Of a stretch of DNA of 64,000 bases, positions 46,096 through 58,640 are shown piece by piece; the first letter of the stretch is position 1; the number at the start of each line of letters is the position of its first letter. The translations under genes and the position numbers were made by a program. The DNA is from Dudresnaya verticillata. Taxonomy: Eukaryota. Location of the stretch: the NCBI GenBank assembly GCA_977862235.1, contig OZ374558.1, positions 2,294,001 through 2,358,000 of the forward strand. Reading direction: 5' to 3'. The notes under the pieces are model-generated. The model did no database searches and was not told the origin of the DNA. It worked only from the letters and a program-made list of their open reading frames with translations.

Positions 46096-48621
46096 ATGGC
46101 GGGCGGTTCCGAGCACCGCAAGAATACGTCCCGTAAGCCAGATCGTCGTCAAAGCAACGCGAACTCCAAGGACCGCAACGCAAAGAAGATCGATGCCAAG
46201 TCCAAGTCCGTCAAGAAGCACCCGCGGCCCTCTACTGCCGCCGGGGCTTCCAGCTCTGCTCCCGGACCGTCATCAAGGGATGGGGACATTGCGCTCCCGA
46301 GACGCATGGCGTCTCACTACAGACGCCCATCATCCCACCCCGCCCCCTCTGGAAGACCAAGCGGCTCCCGTCCGCCGCCGATGGACACAATGGTTGAACC
46401 GATTACTCAGAATGCTGTAATGTCGTCGCGTTCCAAGGCCGAGAACAAATTGTCCTCGGACGTCTCGGGGAAAGCGCCCCTTTTTCCGAGACGCACTTCG
46501 AGTGTTCCCCCTCAGTGCTACATACCTACATCCCCAATTTCTACCGGGGCAATGCGCAACCTAAGGCTGCATGTTCCTCCGCTGAACCAGAAGTTGGCTG
46601 CCACATGCATTGAAGGAAGTGATGTCCTTCATAAGTCGGCCTCTTCTGCTTCAGGTCTCCCAATATCGGGTGCGGGTAATCAAGGGACAGGAGGTTCCTC
46701 TCTTGGGGCGAGAGCAAGTGGAAGCGGTTCGCGTTTCGAGCGAGTTCCAACCAAGAATTCGGTCAGGTTTCTTCTGAACGAGAGTACGGCTAACCCGTCT
46801 TCTGGAGAATGTGACATTCCCCGCAGATCGACCCCGTCTTCTTCGCGCCACCCTGAGCCGGCCTCAACTGAGCGTAAGACTAATTTCTTGATGGTTCGAT
46901 CCCATGATGGAGTTCTTCGCACCTACGATCCAGCAGACAAGAGACCCCTACGATCTCTACCTCATGGCATGGCTGGGAACAATTCGCTTCAGGCGCGCAA
47001 TCCCACGCGCGGCTCTGTTGCATCTTCCTCCCGCCACCCACCATCGTATAATGGGCCCCAGCGCCTCACCAATGCGGATCATCGCGTTCTTGTAGGGGTT
47101 TCCCACCCCACTAATGTTAGAGCTAGCCGCAGAGAAGACACTGAAATCCAAACTCGAAGCAGGCGATTCAGCGAACATGGTGGGAATCCGGGAGAGAAAC
47201 GAAAAGGAAAGACAGATGGGGGGAAGAATTCAGGATCCCCCAACGGATTGGATACACTCGCCGAAGTTGCGCAACAAGCCTGGAAAGTAGAGAAAGACAA
47301 GGTCGAAGGCAGATCCGGAGGCAATGGGAATGATCGTTCCCTTCAAGGAGGTCCCAGTTCGCATGGTCGCAATAGAGACCCGGTGTCTTCTGGACGAGCT
47401 CAAGTCGCAAGAGTCCTTCGACATTTACGTCCAGCTCCCGAAAGTGGTCCCAACCTTCCGGACCGACCAGACACAAACTCAAGAGACCTCGACAGACGCT
47501 CTTCTACAGCTGGTCCGTCCAGGGCTCTCGCAGCTGGTCCGTCCAGGGCTCTCGCAGCTGGTCCGTCCAGGGCTCTCGTCTCCAGCAGGTCTGCTTCTCC
47601 CGTGAGAAGTCATCAAAGCTCTGCTGAATCAAGAGCCAGCAGCGGGAAGCAAGGCAAGGGGAGATCGAAGACGACCCGATCTGAATGGAAAAAGTCCAGA
47701 GGCAGACCTCGACGTGCTTCTACGGATTCGAGCAATTCAGGAACGAGCGAGGAGGTCCGGTCTCAGACTAGTTATGATGCCCCACCTTTGAAGTCCCTGA
47801 AATCTTCAGGCGAGGAAGCAGCGGAGGAATTTGCAGGAGAAGCAGAGGAAGATGCGGGAGAAGCAGCCGAAGATGCAGAAGTAGCTGAGAGTAATCCGAG
47901 TGCTTCGGACGGACAGCGGGAGAACGATATCAGGGCCATGCCATTCATGCCGGGTAGTTCTTCAGCGGGACCCGCGCACCGAACGGCTGAGCAAGGAGGT
48001 TTCGCTTCTTCATCCTCTCGTCAAACGGCTCCTGCTCTCAACTCCTCCCAAGCTACTCAGGGTGGAGGAAGCCGGTCCAATACTACAGGCGTTGTCAGGA
48101 GTTCCGGTGCTTCAAGTGCCGGGGGCAACATCTTAGCGGGCAGTCCGATTACAGCGACTAATAATGTGCCTCGCGGAGATATTGCGAGGTATCAACGTGA
48201 TTTCATCAGGACGTACTGCGTCCCGTACTCAGCTGAAGCAGGTGATCCAAGAGTCGTTTGTGTGATATGCCGTGACAACAGAAGCAGCAAGAGAAGGGCC
48301 ACGCCATTTTCGGAGTTTGGCCAGTTCAAACGACACTTCATTCGCAAGCACCAGCAATCCAAGGCCTATCCGTGTCCTCTGTGCAACGGGCGAAGCTTTG
48401 TTACTAACAGCGACAGGGATCGCCACCTGGAGGTAAGTGACACGACATCTCAACTTTCTGTTGCGTTTGCTTCAAACCTGAGCTCAACATGCTAACCATT
48501 CTTCTTTGACGTATCGGATTTCAATGCGTAGGCTCTCCACCACATGCAACGTTGCAGACGGTGCAATAGCCTCTTCAGGCTGGGTGATAACGAGCAGTGC
48601 TCGAACCCATCGTGCGGCTAG
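46096..48621 (+). CDS. C2H2 zinc-finger protein, two exons (46096-48432, 48532-48621), 808 aa
   Basis: Long disordered S/G/R-rich N-terminus with an AT-hook-like RGRPR. Fingers CVIC...F..HFIRKH and CPLC...F...RHLE|ALH. The 99-nt intron GTAAGT...GCTAAC...TAG supplies the last His when spliced. Confidence 0.85.
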
Positions 48622-49639
48622 GTGCTCAACACTAGGCAGACATGCCGGGAGGCGCTTCCTTCCGAAGGGTTTCCTAATCTCTTTCCCTCTCCCTCTCCTT
48701 CTCTCTCAGGTGTCCTACGTGCGGGTTCTCTTATGGCGCCACGGAAAATCTTCTTCGGCGGCTGAGGAGCTCTCATTTCTCATCCACCTCGTCTCTTACC
48801 CCTTTACTGCGATATGCTCTTGGTTGGTAGAATTCTTGGTACTCGTGCTATGGTAAACTACTACCTGCTTCGATATCGTCATGAATGGTAACTTTTCTCA
48901 CTAGCGGAGATGCCATTCATTCGATTCGTCGCTGTGCCAATTTCTCGCCTTGGACGTCTTTTCAAAAAGAGCACTTTTACATGCGTTCTCATGTTTATGG
49001 GTAAACCTACCCCGAGTTCCTTTCCATTACCCGAATGTCTCTACATGCTTCGCACGCAACAAGATATGTTCCGAACAGCGCCGTGAGAAGCACAGGGAGA
49101 GGAGCCCGTGAAGAGTTGCGCAAGAGTGGCAAAGTGCATTTAGAGCGCGTCCTAGTGACATGCCCCTGTTTCCACACCCACACGGGACTCTCGCATGCGC
49201 TTTGAACGCTTCCACTGCAGCAGCACCGCGACTGGAAACCTGGCATGCAGCGGCACTTGGGAGCGTTCCTAATACTCCCCGCCTACCCAACCAAACGGGC
49301 CGTTCCTGCGCGCCATCGCAGTTGCCCTCCAGAACCGCAACGTCGCCAGCGATACCTGGGATGGCCTGCTAGCCGTTGCTCCAGCAAATGTCCAGGTCCG
49401 ACTACTCTGTAACGGGCGGTTTCCCTCCAGCAGCCCTACACGATAGACGGCACCCCGCGGCAAGCGCCTTCCACTACAGACACAGCATGCAGCGCGCCAT
49501 GGCGCGACGTTGCATCCGAACCCCTCGCAAGGTGGTGTTAAAATTTGCGACCTAATTTTTCGTGCGACGGCATCGGCGCTCCCAACGTGCGTTTTGGGCC
49601 AGAGATCTGTACTGTACCGTTGTGACTGTACAATGATCG

Positions 49640-50570
49640 GGCAGCGAGTGCTGTTTTGGTGCCGTACCGTTGTGTTGTTGTGTTTTATTTGTTGTTTAAC
49701 GTGGTCCTGCGTAGACGTCTTCGGCCCATTTGCTGCACACGGTCGATTGATGGGCGGGGAGTTATACACTACAGAGTGGAGACGTGGTAGTGGGCGGGCC
49801 TGTCTACTGCGTGGCATGCGGTGAGGGGTATTCTTCGAGGCATATGCGACGGATGGCTCGCAGGGCGCCGCAGACGCGGGCGGCGGCGGATGGGTCGGGG
49901 TCTTGGAGTGACAGAAGTGATAGCGTCTGTGGACGTGCGGTCGCAGCGCGAGGCGGGCGGCTGGACAGCTGGGTGGGATCGATAAAGTCCCCAGGTGCCA
50001 GCGTGTGGCTAGCTTCCTGTCTAGATGGTCCGGGAGTTGCAGAGCCAACGGTAGCCGGTGATGGCTGTAAATCGGTGCCATCCTTCTTCCTCATAATGCC
50101 ATTGCCCATTCTATTAATGCGAGAGTTGTGGGTGACATACCTTGGCATAGACTATTTCGGATGCCTGGATGTTGGAAGGTTGATAGCGCCGTGAATGTCC
50201 AACTTGCCTGCCATGAGGCTAGAGTGTTCAGCCGCTGGGTCAAGCGGCGCAGGCTGGGAACGATTTTGTTTTGTAGGGATCTTTGTCGCAATGTTGGGGA
50301 CTCTACTCTGTATAGGGCTCGTAGTTTGCGTATGTGAGGTGCGCTAACCACTGGTGATGCTTGGGAGATGCACAGTCGGAAGACTTCTGCCTCGACCTTG
50401 TCAAGAGCTTGCGTTAGGTCTCGTGTGAGTGGGACGAGTGCTAGTCCGTATTCAATTATCGGACATATGAAGACCGAGTAGACATATCGGGCGGGCGGAG
50501 CAGGCATTGCTGAGCTTAGGTGACCCATTCTCACAAGTTCGCCCACAGCACTTTGGACGTTGTGCACAAC
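49640..50570 (-). mobile_element. Degenerate 5'-truncated non-LTR retrotransposon 3' end (tentative)
   Basis: ORF 50091-50567 has YSVFICPIIEYG...LDKVE, resembling the post-RT thumb region of LINEs. Its downstream ~300 bp recurs inverted at 57880-58640. Confidence 0.45.
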
Positions 50571-53549
50571 TGTACTGGCCTCACCACTAAAAATATTGAT
50601 TTTTCACCATATCTTACCAACACACTGCACAGTTTATGATATATCATGCATGCCCTAAAAGGTCTCAAGGAAGCCCCTTGCCCTTGCAGAGTGACCCCAC
50701 GGGATCAGTGTGGTCACCCAATCTGCCTGGCTGCTACTGTAGTAGAGCTGCGTTCAACTTTCTGATATTTTTCGATAATAGTTGCAAATGTGAAAAGCAA
50801 GGTACGGAAATTTGCACAGGACTCCTTCGGCAAGAGGCGATGGCGATAGGAGAGTAGCGTTGATGAAGGAGTAAAGCCGCAGCAGCTATTGTACCCCGAG
50901 GATGGTGTCGGACATTCTCAGCAATAATGACGCCGCTTTTGAAGTCGGTGCCAAATGAATGCCCAGTTATGGCTATCAAGCAAAGTACCTGACATGTTTG
51001 CGCGAACCCCTTTTTGGGCCTTCTTAGCTATCTTTATCTAAAGCTTGTTACGGCAGCGTTGTTCAGAAAGATTACTCTTGGATCAGATCACGCATCCATC
51101 CGGTCTTCTCTGCATCAAAGGGAGTCGACATTAGTTCATAGAACGCAGATGTAGTACCAAGAAAGACGGCAGTGGCAAAGGTCAATTGTATAAAGAAATG
51201 GGTAGCCCCTTCCCATTCCTGCACAGAACAGTACTGCTGTTGGGAACATCATTTTTCTTGGCTACATTCATGACCGGTAATGCAGCTCAGAAGTCCCTGC
51301 ACGTACCTGTGGTCAATGTGAGATAGAGCTGCTCCCATAGAAGTATGTAAGTAGGGAAATGCGTCATAATTATCGATAGTGTTCTCCAACACTAACACTA
51401 CTTCGCATGATCTGCTTCAAACATATTCTCAGAATAAAACTTCTCAATTGGAGCCGAGAGACTCAAAAGTGTAAGGATGAAGAGCAATAGCTACTGCAAA
51501 CCCTAATGCTTTCGTAATACTGTGTCAGAGCGTTTCTCAAGGCACACCTGGAGTCTACGATGATTCAAGCAACCTGGGACTACTTCATGACCATTGCAAT
51601 GGAGCGTAACGACATAGAAGGAAGTTCCGACATTTCTGTCAGCTCAATTTCCAGGTTAATTAGAAGCATCCAAAGTATCCACTAGGTCTCAAGATTGAAC
51701 CGTTTAGAGGTCGCCTAGCTCAAACGCTTATAATCAGTCTCTTAATTGACGTAGCCTACTGAATTTTGTTGCCTGAAAATTTCGCACTTTGGTTTCAAAT
51801 CAGCTGTTCTGCGATTAATTGTAACCCAAGAAAATCTTGAAGTTGTCATAAGGCCAACTCTAAAAGCTCTGGAATTGAAAGACAAGAACAACGGACAGCC
51901 GCATAACGTTTCAGCCTGCGTTCCATTCTTTCAATGCTTTCATGGCACAGCGCAGAGGTTACATTGACATGAGGCAAATCTAAGACGTGTACCACGGACC
52001 CGCAGCTATCTGCAATGCGTCCTCAGCGGCGAAACGAAAGGTAATGGTGAATGTGTCGTACAAGATTGCTACCAAATACCCATTTTCGAGTGGTAGAGCC
52101 ATCTAGGAGCAAACTATTTTGGCGTCAAGCGATATTCTTCTGCAAATGCATCTCCAGCGAAAACATTTGACGTGACGTTTGAAAGATGTTCTGACGTGAT
52201 GGATGGATGTTCTACAAAACATGTTATGACGTGATGGATGTTCTGTAAAACGTGTTCTGATCTGATGGATGCCATGGAGATCATGTTCTGACTTGATGGG
52301 TTATACTCGCCTGCCGATGTGAAGACATATCGAATTATATCGAGAACAGTGGTCAAAAAGTTACGGAACATCGATGAAATGATGGATGAAAGCAGCCTGA
52401 CTGGAACATGCGTGAGAGGAGATGGCTGAGGCCTCAAAATCCTAAAATCTGATGCATCAAAAACGTCGAACTTGGCAACCTTTCGCTCGCTTTGGCACTG
52501 TCAATTTCGAGTGAATCATGCGCGAAATTTTAGTGTGGCAAAATCAAATTCCGTCGCTCATTGCCGAGGGGTTTTGACACCCAGAGACACAATCACTCGC
52601 TGTGTTACTATCCGTGATTCATGACTCGTCAGCGGGTTGCCAATAAAGATTGGCAGGAGGCAGAACGTCCAGTAGTGCATGTGTATTTCGAATCCATGCT
52701 GAGTTCGATTCAAGACTTTTATGATGCGGTTCCAGGACTAACTGGCAGGCGATCTGGTTGGAGGAACTTGCTGGAACTTGACTGGAGGAACTTGCTGGAG
52801 GATACAGATGTGAGAGTTCATACTGTTGGTAGTTGTATATGACAGTGGTATATGACAGTGTCAGTGCGAGTCGTTCAAACAGTTCTCTGTGTTTCTCTTG
52901 ATCCATTATATCCCAGGGAGCAATGGGCCATGTACTGTTGGCACATAGTGGTACACCTTCAAATGGATCTCCGTTGCAGCAGTGTTGAGATTTTATCGAC
53001 GCAGTTTCTTCCTTATCGGCAACTTGTCTTACGGTTTGGGGGCCGTGTCTAAGGGGTTTGGTGTAAAATGAGAGGCGAACGAGCTCACTCACTTCCGCTT
53101 TGACGCCACCGATAACAATATCTGAAAACACGATTGCGTGATGTTTGATCGTAGTGTTGTTACTGTTAGGGTGGTCCAACTCGGGAACGCTGTAGTCATG
53201 GAATAAGTTTACTCAACTAGATTTGGAATGTGTCTTTGTTAGCCAGTTTTGTGGTTGTGCGTGTACGACCGTTCATCACAATACACTGTAAGGATGCTAC
53301 TGTTTGGTAATCGCAAGGCAAGCGTTCATTGAAAGACTCCTGGTCCGTTCGGGTTCAGTACTGGGCTATACGGTCCAGACCAGTCCTACAGGACACAGAA
53401 ACCCAGTCCTCGGAATGCATTGTGGTCCAACAACCTATGCGCTGCAGGAGGTGCTGTACATTGAATAAACTTGTCTTCTAGACAATATACGGAAGTGGAG
53501 AAAGCAATAGATTAAAAATAAAAACTCAGTCAACCGTGGTGAACATCTC

Positions 53550-54430
53550 AGAATAAGCCAATGGTTCCTTCATATTTCTATTCAGCCTCTTATCACTGGG
53601 GAAAGCAATAAATTAAAAAAAAGGGTTTCAGATGACAGTACTGTACGTCCTGGAGTAAACCTTGATTCCTTCATATGCATTTCATTTCCGCCTCTTACCA
53701 CAGTAGAAAGAAGTATGTCAAAAAATTGCCTTTAACCCTCCATGCTGGGCGTCCCAGAATAAATGGCTGACCTCTTCAGATGGATGTCAGTACCGCCTCT
53801 GGCCACTGTAGAACAATAAGTTAAAAATAAACGGCCTTCAGGCACCCGTGCTGGACATTCTGGAATAAACCATGATTTCCGCATACCTATTTTATTACCG
53901 CCTCTCACAACTGCAGAAAGAAAAAACATAATTCATTCGGCCGTGCTGGACGTCCTAGAAGCCTTTTTTTTCTTCAGATGCATATCATTACTGCCTTTTG
54001 CCACTGTAGTAACCAATACGTTAAAAATGAAATGGCCTTCAGGAGACCCTGTCGGAAGTCCTGGAGTAAGCCATAATTTCTTCATACACATTTTATTACC
54101 ACCTCTCACAACTGCAGAAAGAAGAAACATAATTCACTCGGCCGTGCTGGACGTCCTAGAAGCCTTTTTTCTTCAGATGCATATCATTACTGCCTCTGGC
54201 CACTGTAGTAACCAATAAGTTTAAAATGAAATGGCCTTCAGGAGACCATGTCGGAAGTCCTGGATTAAGCCATAATTTCTTCATAGGCATTTTACTACCA
54301 CCTCTCACAACTGCAGTAAGCAATAAGTAAAAAATAAGATGCTTTCATTCGACCGCACTGGACGGGTTAGAAGGAATATTTTTCTTCATACGCGTTCTAA
54401 TACCGCCTCTCATCACAGGGAGAAGCATAA
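53550..54430. repeat. AT-rich satellite-like array, ~100-bp monomers arranged as ~200-bp dimers
   Basis: 53931-54131 and 54132-54330 are near-identical. A CTTCA(G/T)A...TACCGCCTCT motif recurs about every 100 bp. Confidence 0.85.
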
Positions 54431-55505
54431 AATCAATAATTCAATTGACCCAGTGTGTGTCCCCCCTGTGACCTCATAAAATAGTCATCAATAAAACTTC
54501 ACCCAAGCTATTCACCACCCATGGAAGGCGGACCACCCCTATTTATCATTACGCCTCCGTAACACTCCCTGTCATTGTGATTTGACCTGCGCAAAATCCG
54601 CTGTCCCCGGGAGCTTTACAGAGCTTCCTTCTACCTCCTTAATAAAAGTTCCCCGTTCTCTAATACTTTGTATTGTATTGTAGCACTGCTTCAGTCTCCC
54701 CCTGAATTGCTGAGCCTGTTCTGGGCCCCGTCAGCCAATCTAGGACAACATTAAGAAACCCAATAAAATTGAGTCATCAGAAAGCACCTGTGCTCGGTTC
54801 GCTCCCTGGAATGAGCTACAGCTGGCGTAGCCGTGCCCCAAATGCTATCCAACCACTGGTACCGCATTCAATGTTTCCAAGATACATATTACCATCTATA
54901 CCTCTAACTCGTGCGCAAATGGGGATAAATTTACTTCGAGTTCGCATGACAGTTCGGAGGAAGGTGCCAAGCTGATGGAAAAGCAAGCAACTGCAGCTTT
55001 AACGGGACGCCCATCGTCTGGCTTAATTCATGTTAGGTCATGCGAATTACAGCCCGAAAAGCTAGAAGAACTGTAGCCCAGATCCCCATAAGAACTCTAA
55101 ATGCATCGGTTCTCGCTTCTCAGAGAGCCCAAACACACAGAAAGTAAAGTTTCAAACGACCTATTCGTTTGCTGTTGTACTTGACATAAAATACCTCAAC
55201 TCCTGGTGATTGTTAGTCTTTATGATAAAAAGAAGTGGATTATGGCCTTTGGTTGACCGCGGATAGACCTCATCTGGTATTTCTTCTCAGCGAACGGTAA
55301 TGCCTCCACTTGATGGAAGTTTTGATTTCGTTTTATTTCGAATTCCTGCGAAATGGGATCAAGCAATGTGCATCACTATGTCAAGCTTCTCTGAATCCCC
55401 GAGCAAGGACGACACACGTCAGCAACCTACACCGACAACTTTCGCCCTACCGGCCACTTGGACCACTGCTACAATCTACAACTGTTGTTTGTGAGAAGCT
55501 ACGAG

Positions 55506-55956
55506 ATGCCCAAGAGCAAGTGGTCCAAGTGGCCCAAGAACAAGAATGATGCGCCGTGGAAGGAGAGCGAAATGAAGGAACTGGACGAGTCAATCATTCC
55601 GGAAGAGTACGACCGCAAGGTCAAGGCTGGGGTAAAGTTTGCCTGCACCGACAAGGATTGCAAGGAATCTGGAACCGACAAGCTCTCTAAGGAAGAGTAT
55701 GCTAAGGTACGTAGCCTTTTCTCTCCGTGATGTAACCATTCGTTGCGATAGCTCTTACTAACATTCGTTTGCACATTCTTGTCTTGTACCACTCGGCCCA
55801 CAGCTGAAGCGCACCAAACGTGTGTTTCCATGTGCGTACCATGCCCTGCATGGCATCATCGACTGTCCCACTTGTGGAAATTTGTACCAGGGGATCCGCC
55901 GCCTGGAGGCCCACAATGAAGAGGACCACAAGGTGTCTTCGTCAAAGTTCCAGTGA
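55506..55956 (+). CDS. Small spliced zinc-finger protein, 117 aa (exons 55506-55706, 55804-55956)
   Basis: 97-nt intron GTACGT...TACTAAC (55756-55762)...CAG. The spliced frame gives ...CTDKDC...EEYAK|LKRTKRVFPCAYHALHGIIDCPTCGNLYQGIRRLEAHNEEDHKVSSSKFQ*. Confidence 0.8.
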
Positions 55957-57879
55957 TCAAGCTGTGTCTAGTAATGACATGCGGATCTGAAATAGAGTAC
56001 TGCTATTGGAACCAGAACGTGAACATTAAATGAAAGTTCCTTGTTCGAGAAAAGCATCCTGCTTCGAAGCAAAGAATATTCTAACGGAAAAGGGTAGCAG
56101 GTTCCCGCGAACAACCCACATGGTACTGTTTTTAGACAATATTACTCTCGTTGCAGTCCCGGAATTCTACGGAGTTGTCTCATGAACTCGTTCTAAAATT
56201 TCCCTCTGCATCTGAAGAAGCCTGCAATACCTGCTCGCCGCATCCTTGAAAATGTTTACTAGCATTCGCATGATATTGACGTACCCAGAATTGCTGAACT
56301 CTCGCGTCTGAGCGCACGACTTCGATCCAAGCGCAGTCCGGAACACCCTTCCCCTCGAAAATTGTTTCGTTTGTGTCAATGAGTTCTCATGACATGCTTG
56401 CGTAGTCATGCTTAGCCTTGCATGAAAACAGCTCTCAACTGCAGCGTCGTGCAAGCTTCATACTGGGGCTTGTCATGTTCCCCATTATTTATCCACTTTG
56501 AAACTGCTATTTCTCGTTCCTCTATCCCGTTAAGAATGTTAGGCCCGACATGGTATCGATATTTCCTTTGATGAATTAGGGGTGGAGCCGCCGTGCATTT
56601 CTGGGGGTTCGCCTTAAACCATCTCCAAATGCCAGTCCGAAGTTTGATATCGCTTCACTTCTACCACTGCCCGATGAAGTACGCGTATTGCGCCCTATCA
56701 ATATGAGTGAAAAAAGGATTACTGGCCCTGCAGGACTTCATGCGGATAGCAACTCTTCAGTTGTGTTATGTTCTTCTGGTATGTACTGCATTCCATCTTT
56801 AAACACTCGGACAGCACTCCTTCTAAAGCGTATGACTGGCTGGGAAAATCCTTTCAAGATTCCTTCCATGCCCTACGAAAGTCCTACCGTATCGCACCGG
56901 CTTCCTTGTCGCGTACATCATCGGCTTGCTATTTTCTGGCTGTTTCCGTTATGTTGTACAAAATGCTCAACGTTGCGTTAATGCACGTTCGGACCTGTCT
57001 CGTGTACATGACATATCGGTATAACATTTGGATGTGTTGGATACCAACAGAACTTTCTGTCTGATGAAGAGGCCTGAGGTTTTTCTCGTCTCGCTGACAT
57101 TCCGCAGCGCAACGCAATTTCTGCCGAGTTGGTGGAAGCGGCTATGATGGTAATGGGATCTGCGGGATACACGGGAGCCTAGGGGTCAACAACCTGAGAC
57201 CTTCTGGTCGCAATGGGTGGAAGGAGAAGGGTAGCGGCGGGGCAACCAGTTGCCACGCTGATATGTCGGCGAGGGAGCGATGTAGATGGGGAGGCAGAAG
57301 CCCACCCAGCGAGAAGGAGTTTGAGCCAGTCTAGTAGACGGTGAGGAGACGTCAAGTAGGCGTTAACCAGGCCACAACGAGGAGTTCAAGGGCAGCCAGC
57401 AGTGGTGTTTGCGGCGCGTGAGCAGTGATGTGACGGCGCTCCGGGAACCGGGAAGGCTGCGAGCGGCGAAGAGAGGCCACGAGGCTACCTTGAAGATCAC
57501 GGCGGTGGTGGGAGCGGGGCGCGACTCGGACGAGAGCACGAGGTTGGCGAGGCTGGAGTGGGACTGGTGGGCTGAGGCGGGATCACGGCCGGGATGGAGG
57601 TGTTGGTGTTACTTTTAGGTGATCTCGACCTATGAATGTCCACACGGTATCTGGGCTTGATATCTCTACCGAATCTCGCTGAGCTGGATGGAGGTGGCAC
57701 GTGCGATTGCCGCTCAGCGCCGCTCCGAGCTCTGTACGAAATATCTGGGATCAAATCGCGCACGGCCAATCGGCGATGAGAAGGAAGCGAATGGGCGAAT
57801 CTGGTAGGACTGCACTAAAATTAATACTAATTGTATTGGGGCTGAATCGAAACGCCAGAACGAGTTGGGGCGGGCGATT

Positions 57880-58640
57880 GTCGCCCCATCCACCTGTCCT
57901 GCCGCCCGCCTCGCGCTGCGACCGCACGTCCACAGACGCTGTCACTTCTGTCACTGCAAGACCCTAACCCATCCGCCGCCGCCCGCGTCTGCGGCGCCCT
58001 GCGAGCCACCCGTCGTATATGCCTCGAAGAATACCCCTCACCGCCTGCCACCCAGTAGACAGCTCGCAGCTTTGCCCCTAAAGCACAAGCGTTCGATGTC
58101 TCTGTCGTGAGTCCCCATTCATTGCCGGGCAGAACCGGTCTCGTTGCTGGTCAGGCCATCCTTGCCCGCGAGAGAGCGAAACGTAACTATTACCGTGCTG
58201 TTTGTGATCAATATGACATCGAGCTGCACCCGATGGTCATTGATATATATGGACGCACCGGTGCTGGCTTCGACATCGGCGCTCAAGTCTTCGCCAACTT
58301 TCTTGCCGAAAAGAAAGGCACTTGCCCGCTTGCTGAGAAGCATGCTCTCTTGAATCGTCTTGTATCCTTTGTTTCGCAGTTTGTCGCCGTCAGCGTCAAT
58401 CGTCGCCGCTTGACTCCTGCAGATTTGCCTCTTATGTAGTGCTTACGAGTATCCAGTAGGGATGCTCTAGCTTTATGCTTTCGAAAAGTGACGTTTACCC
58501 CCAGTAGACAGGCCCACCCACTACCACATCTCCACTCTGTAGTGTATAACTCCCCGCCCATCAACCGACCGTGTGCCAGCAAATGGGCCAAAGTCGCCTA
58601 CGCAGGACCACATTAAACCACAAACAAAATACAACAACAC
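57880..58640 (+). repeat. Second copy (opposite orientation) of the 49660-49975 repeat, interrupted by an insertion
   Basis: 57880-58062 and 58500-58640 join to match the reverse complement of 49660-49975. Confidence 0.85.
58063..58499 (+). mobile_element. 5'-truncated CRE-like LINE fragment with 12-bp TSD
   Basis: CCCAGTAGACAG at 58051-58062 and 58500-58511. Encodes the RLE tail AFDVSVVSPH...RERAKRNYY...ELHPMVIDIYG...VNRRR, similar to 63402-63908. Confidence 0.85.

Noticed and set aside
50600..53200. Fragmented minus-strand ORFs (52114-52437, 52619-53179)
   Set aside because: Protein-like in places but with many stops and no identifiable family. Left uncalled.
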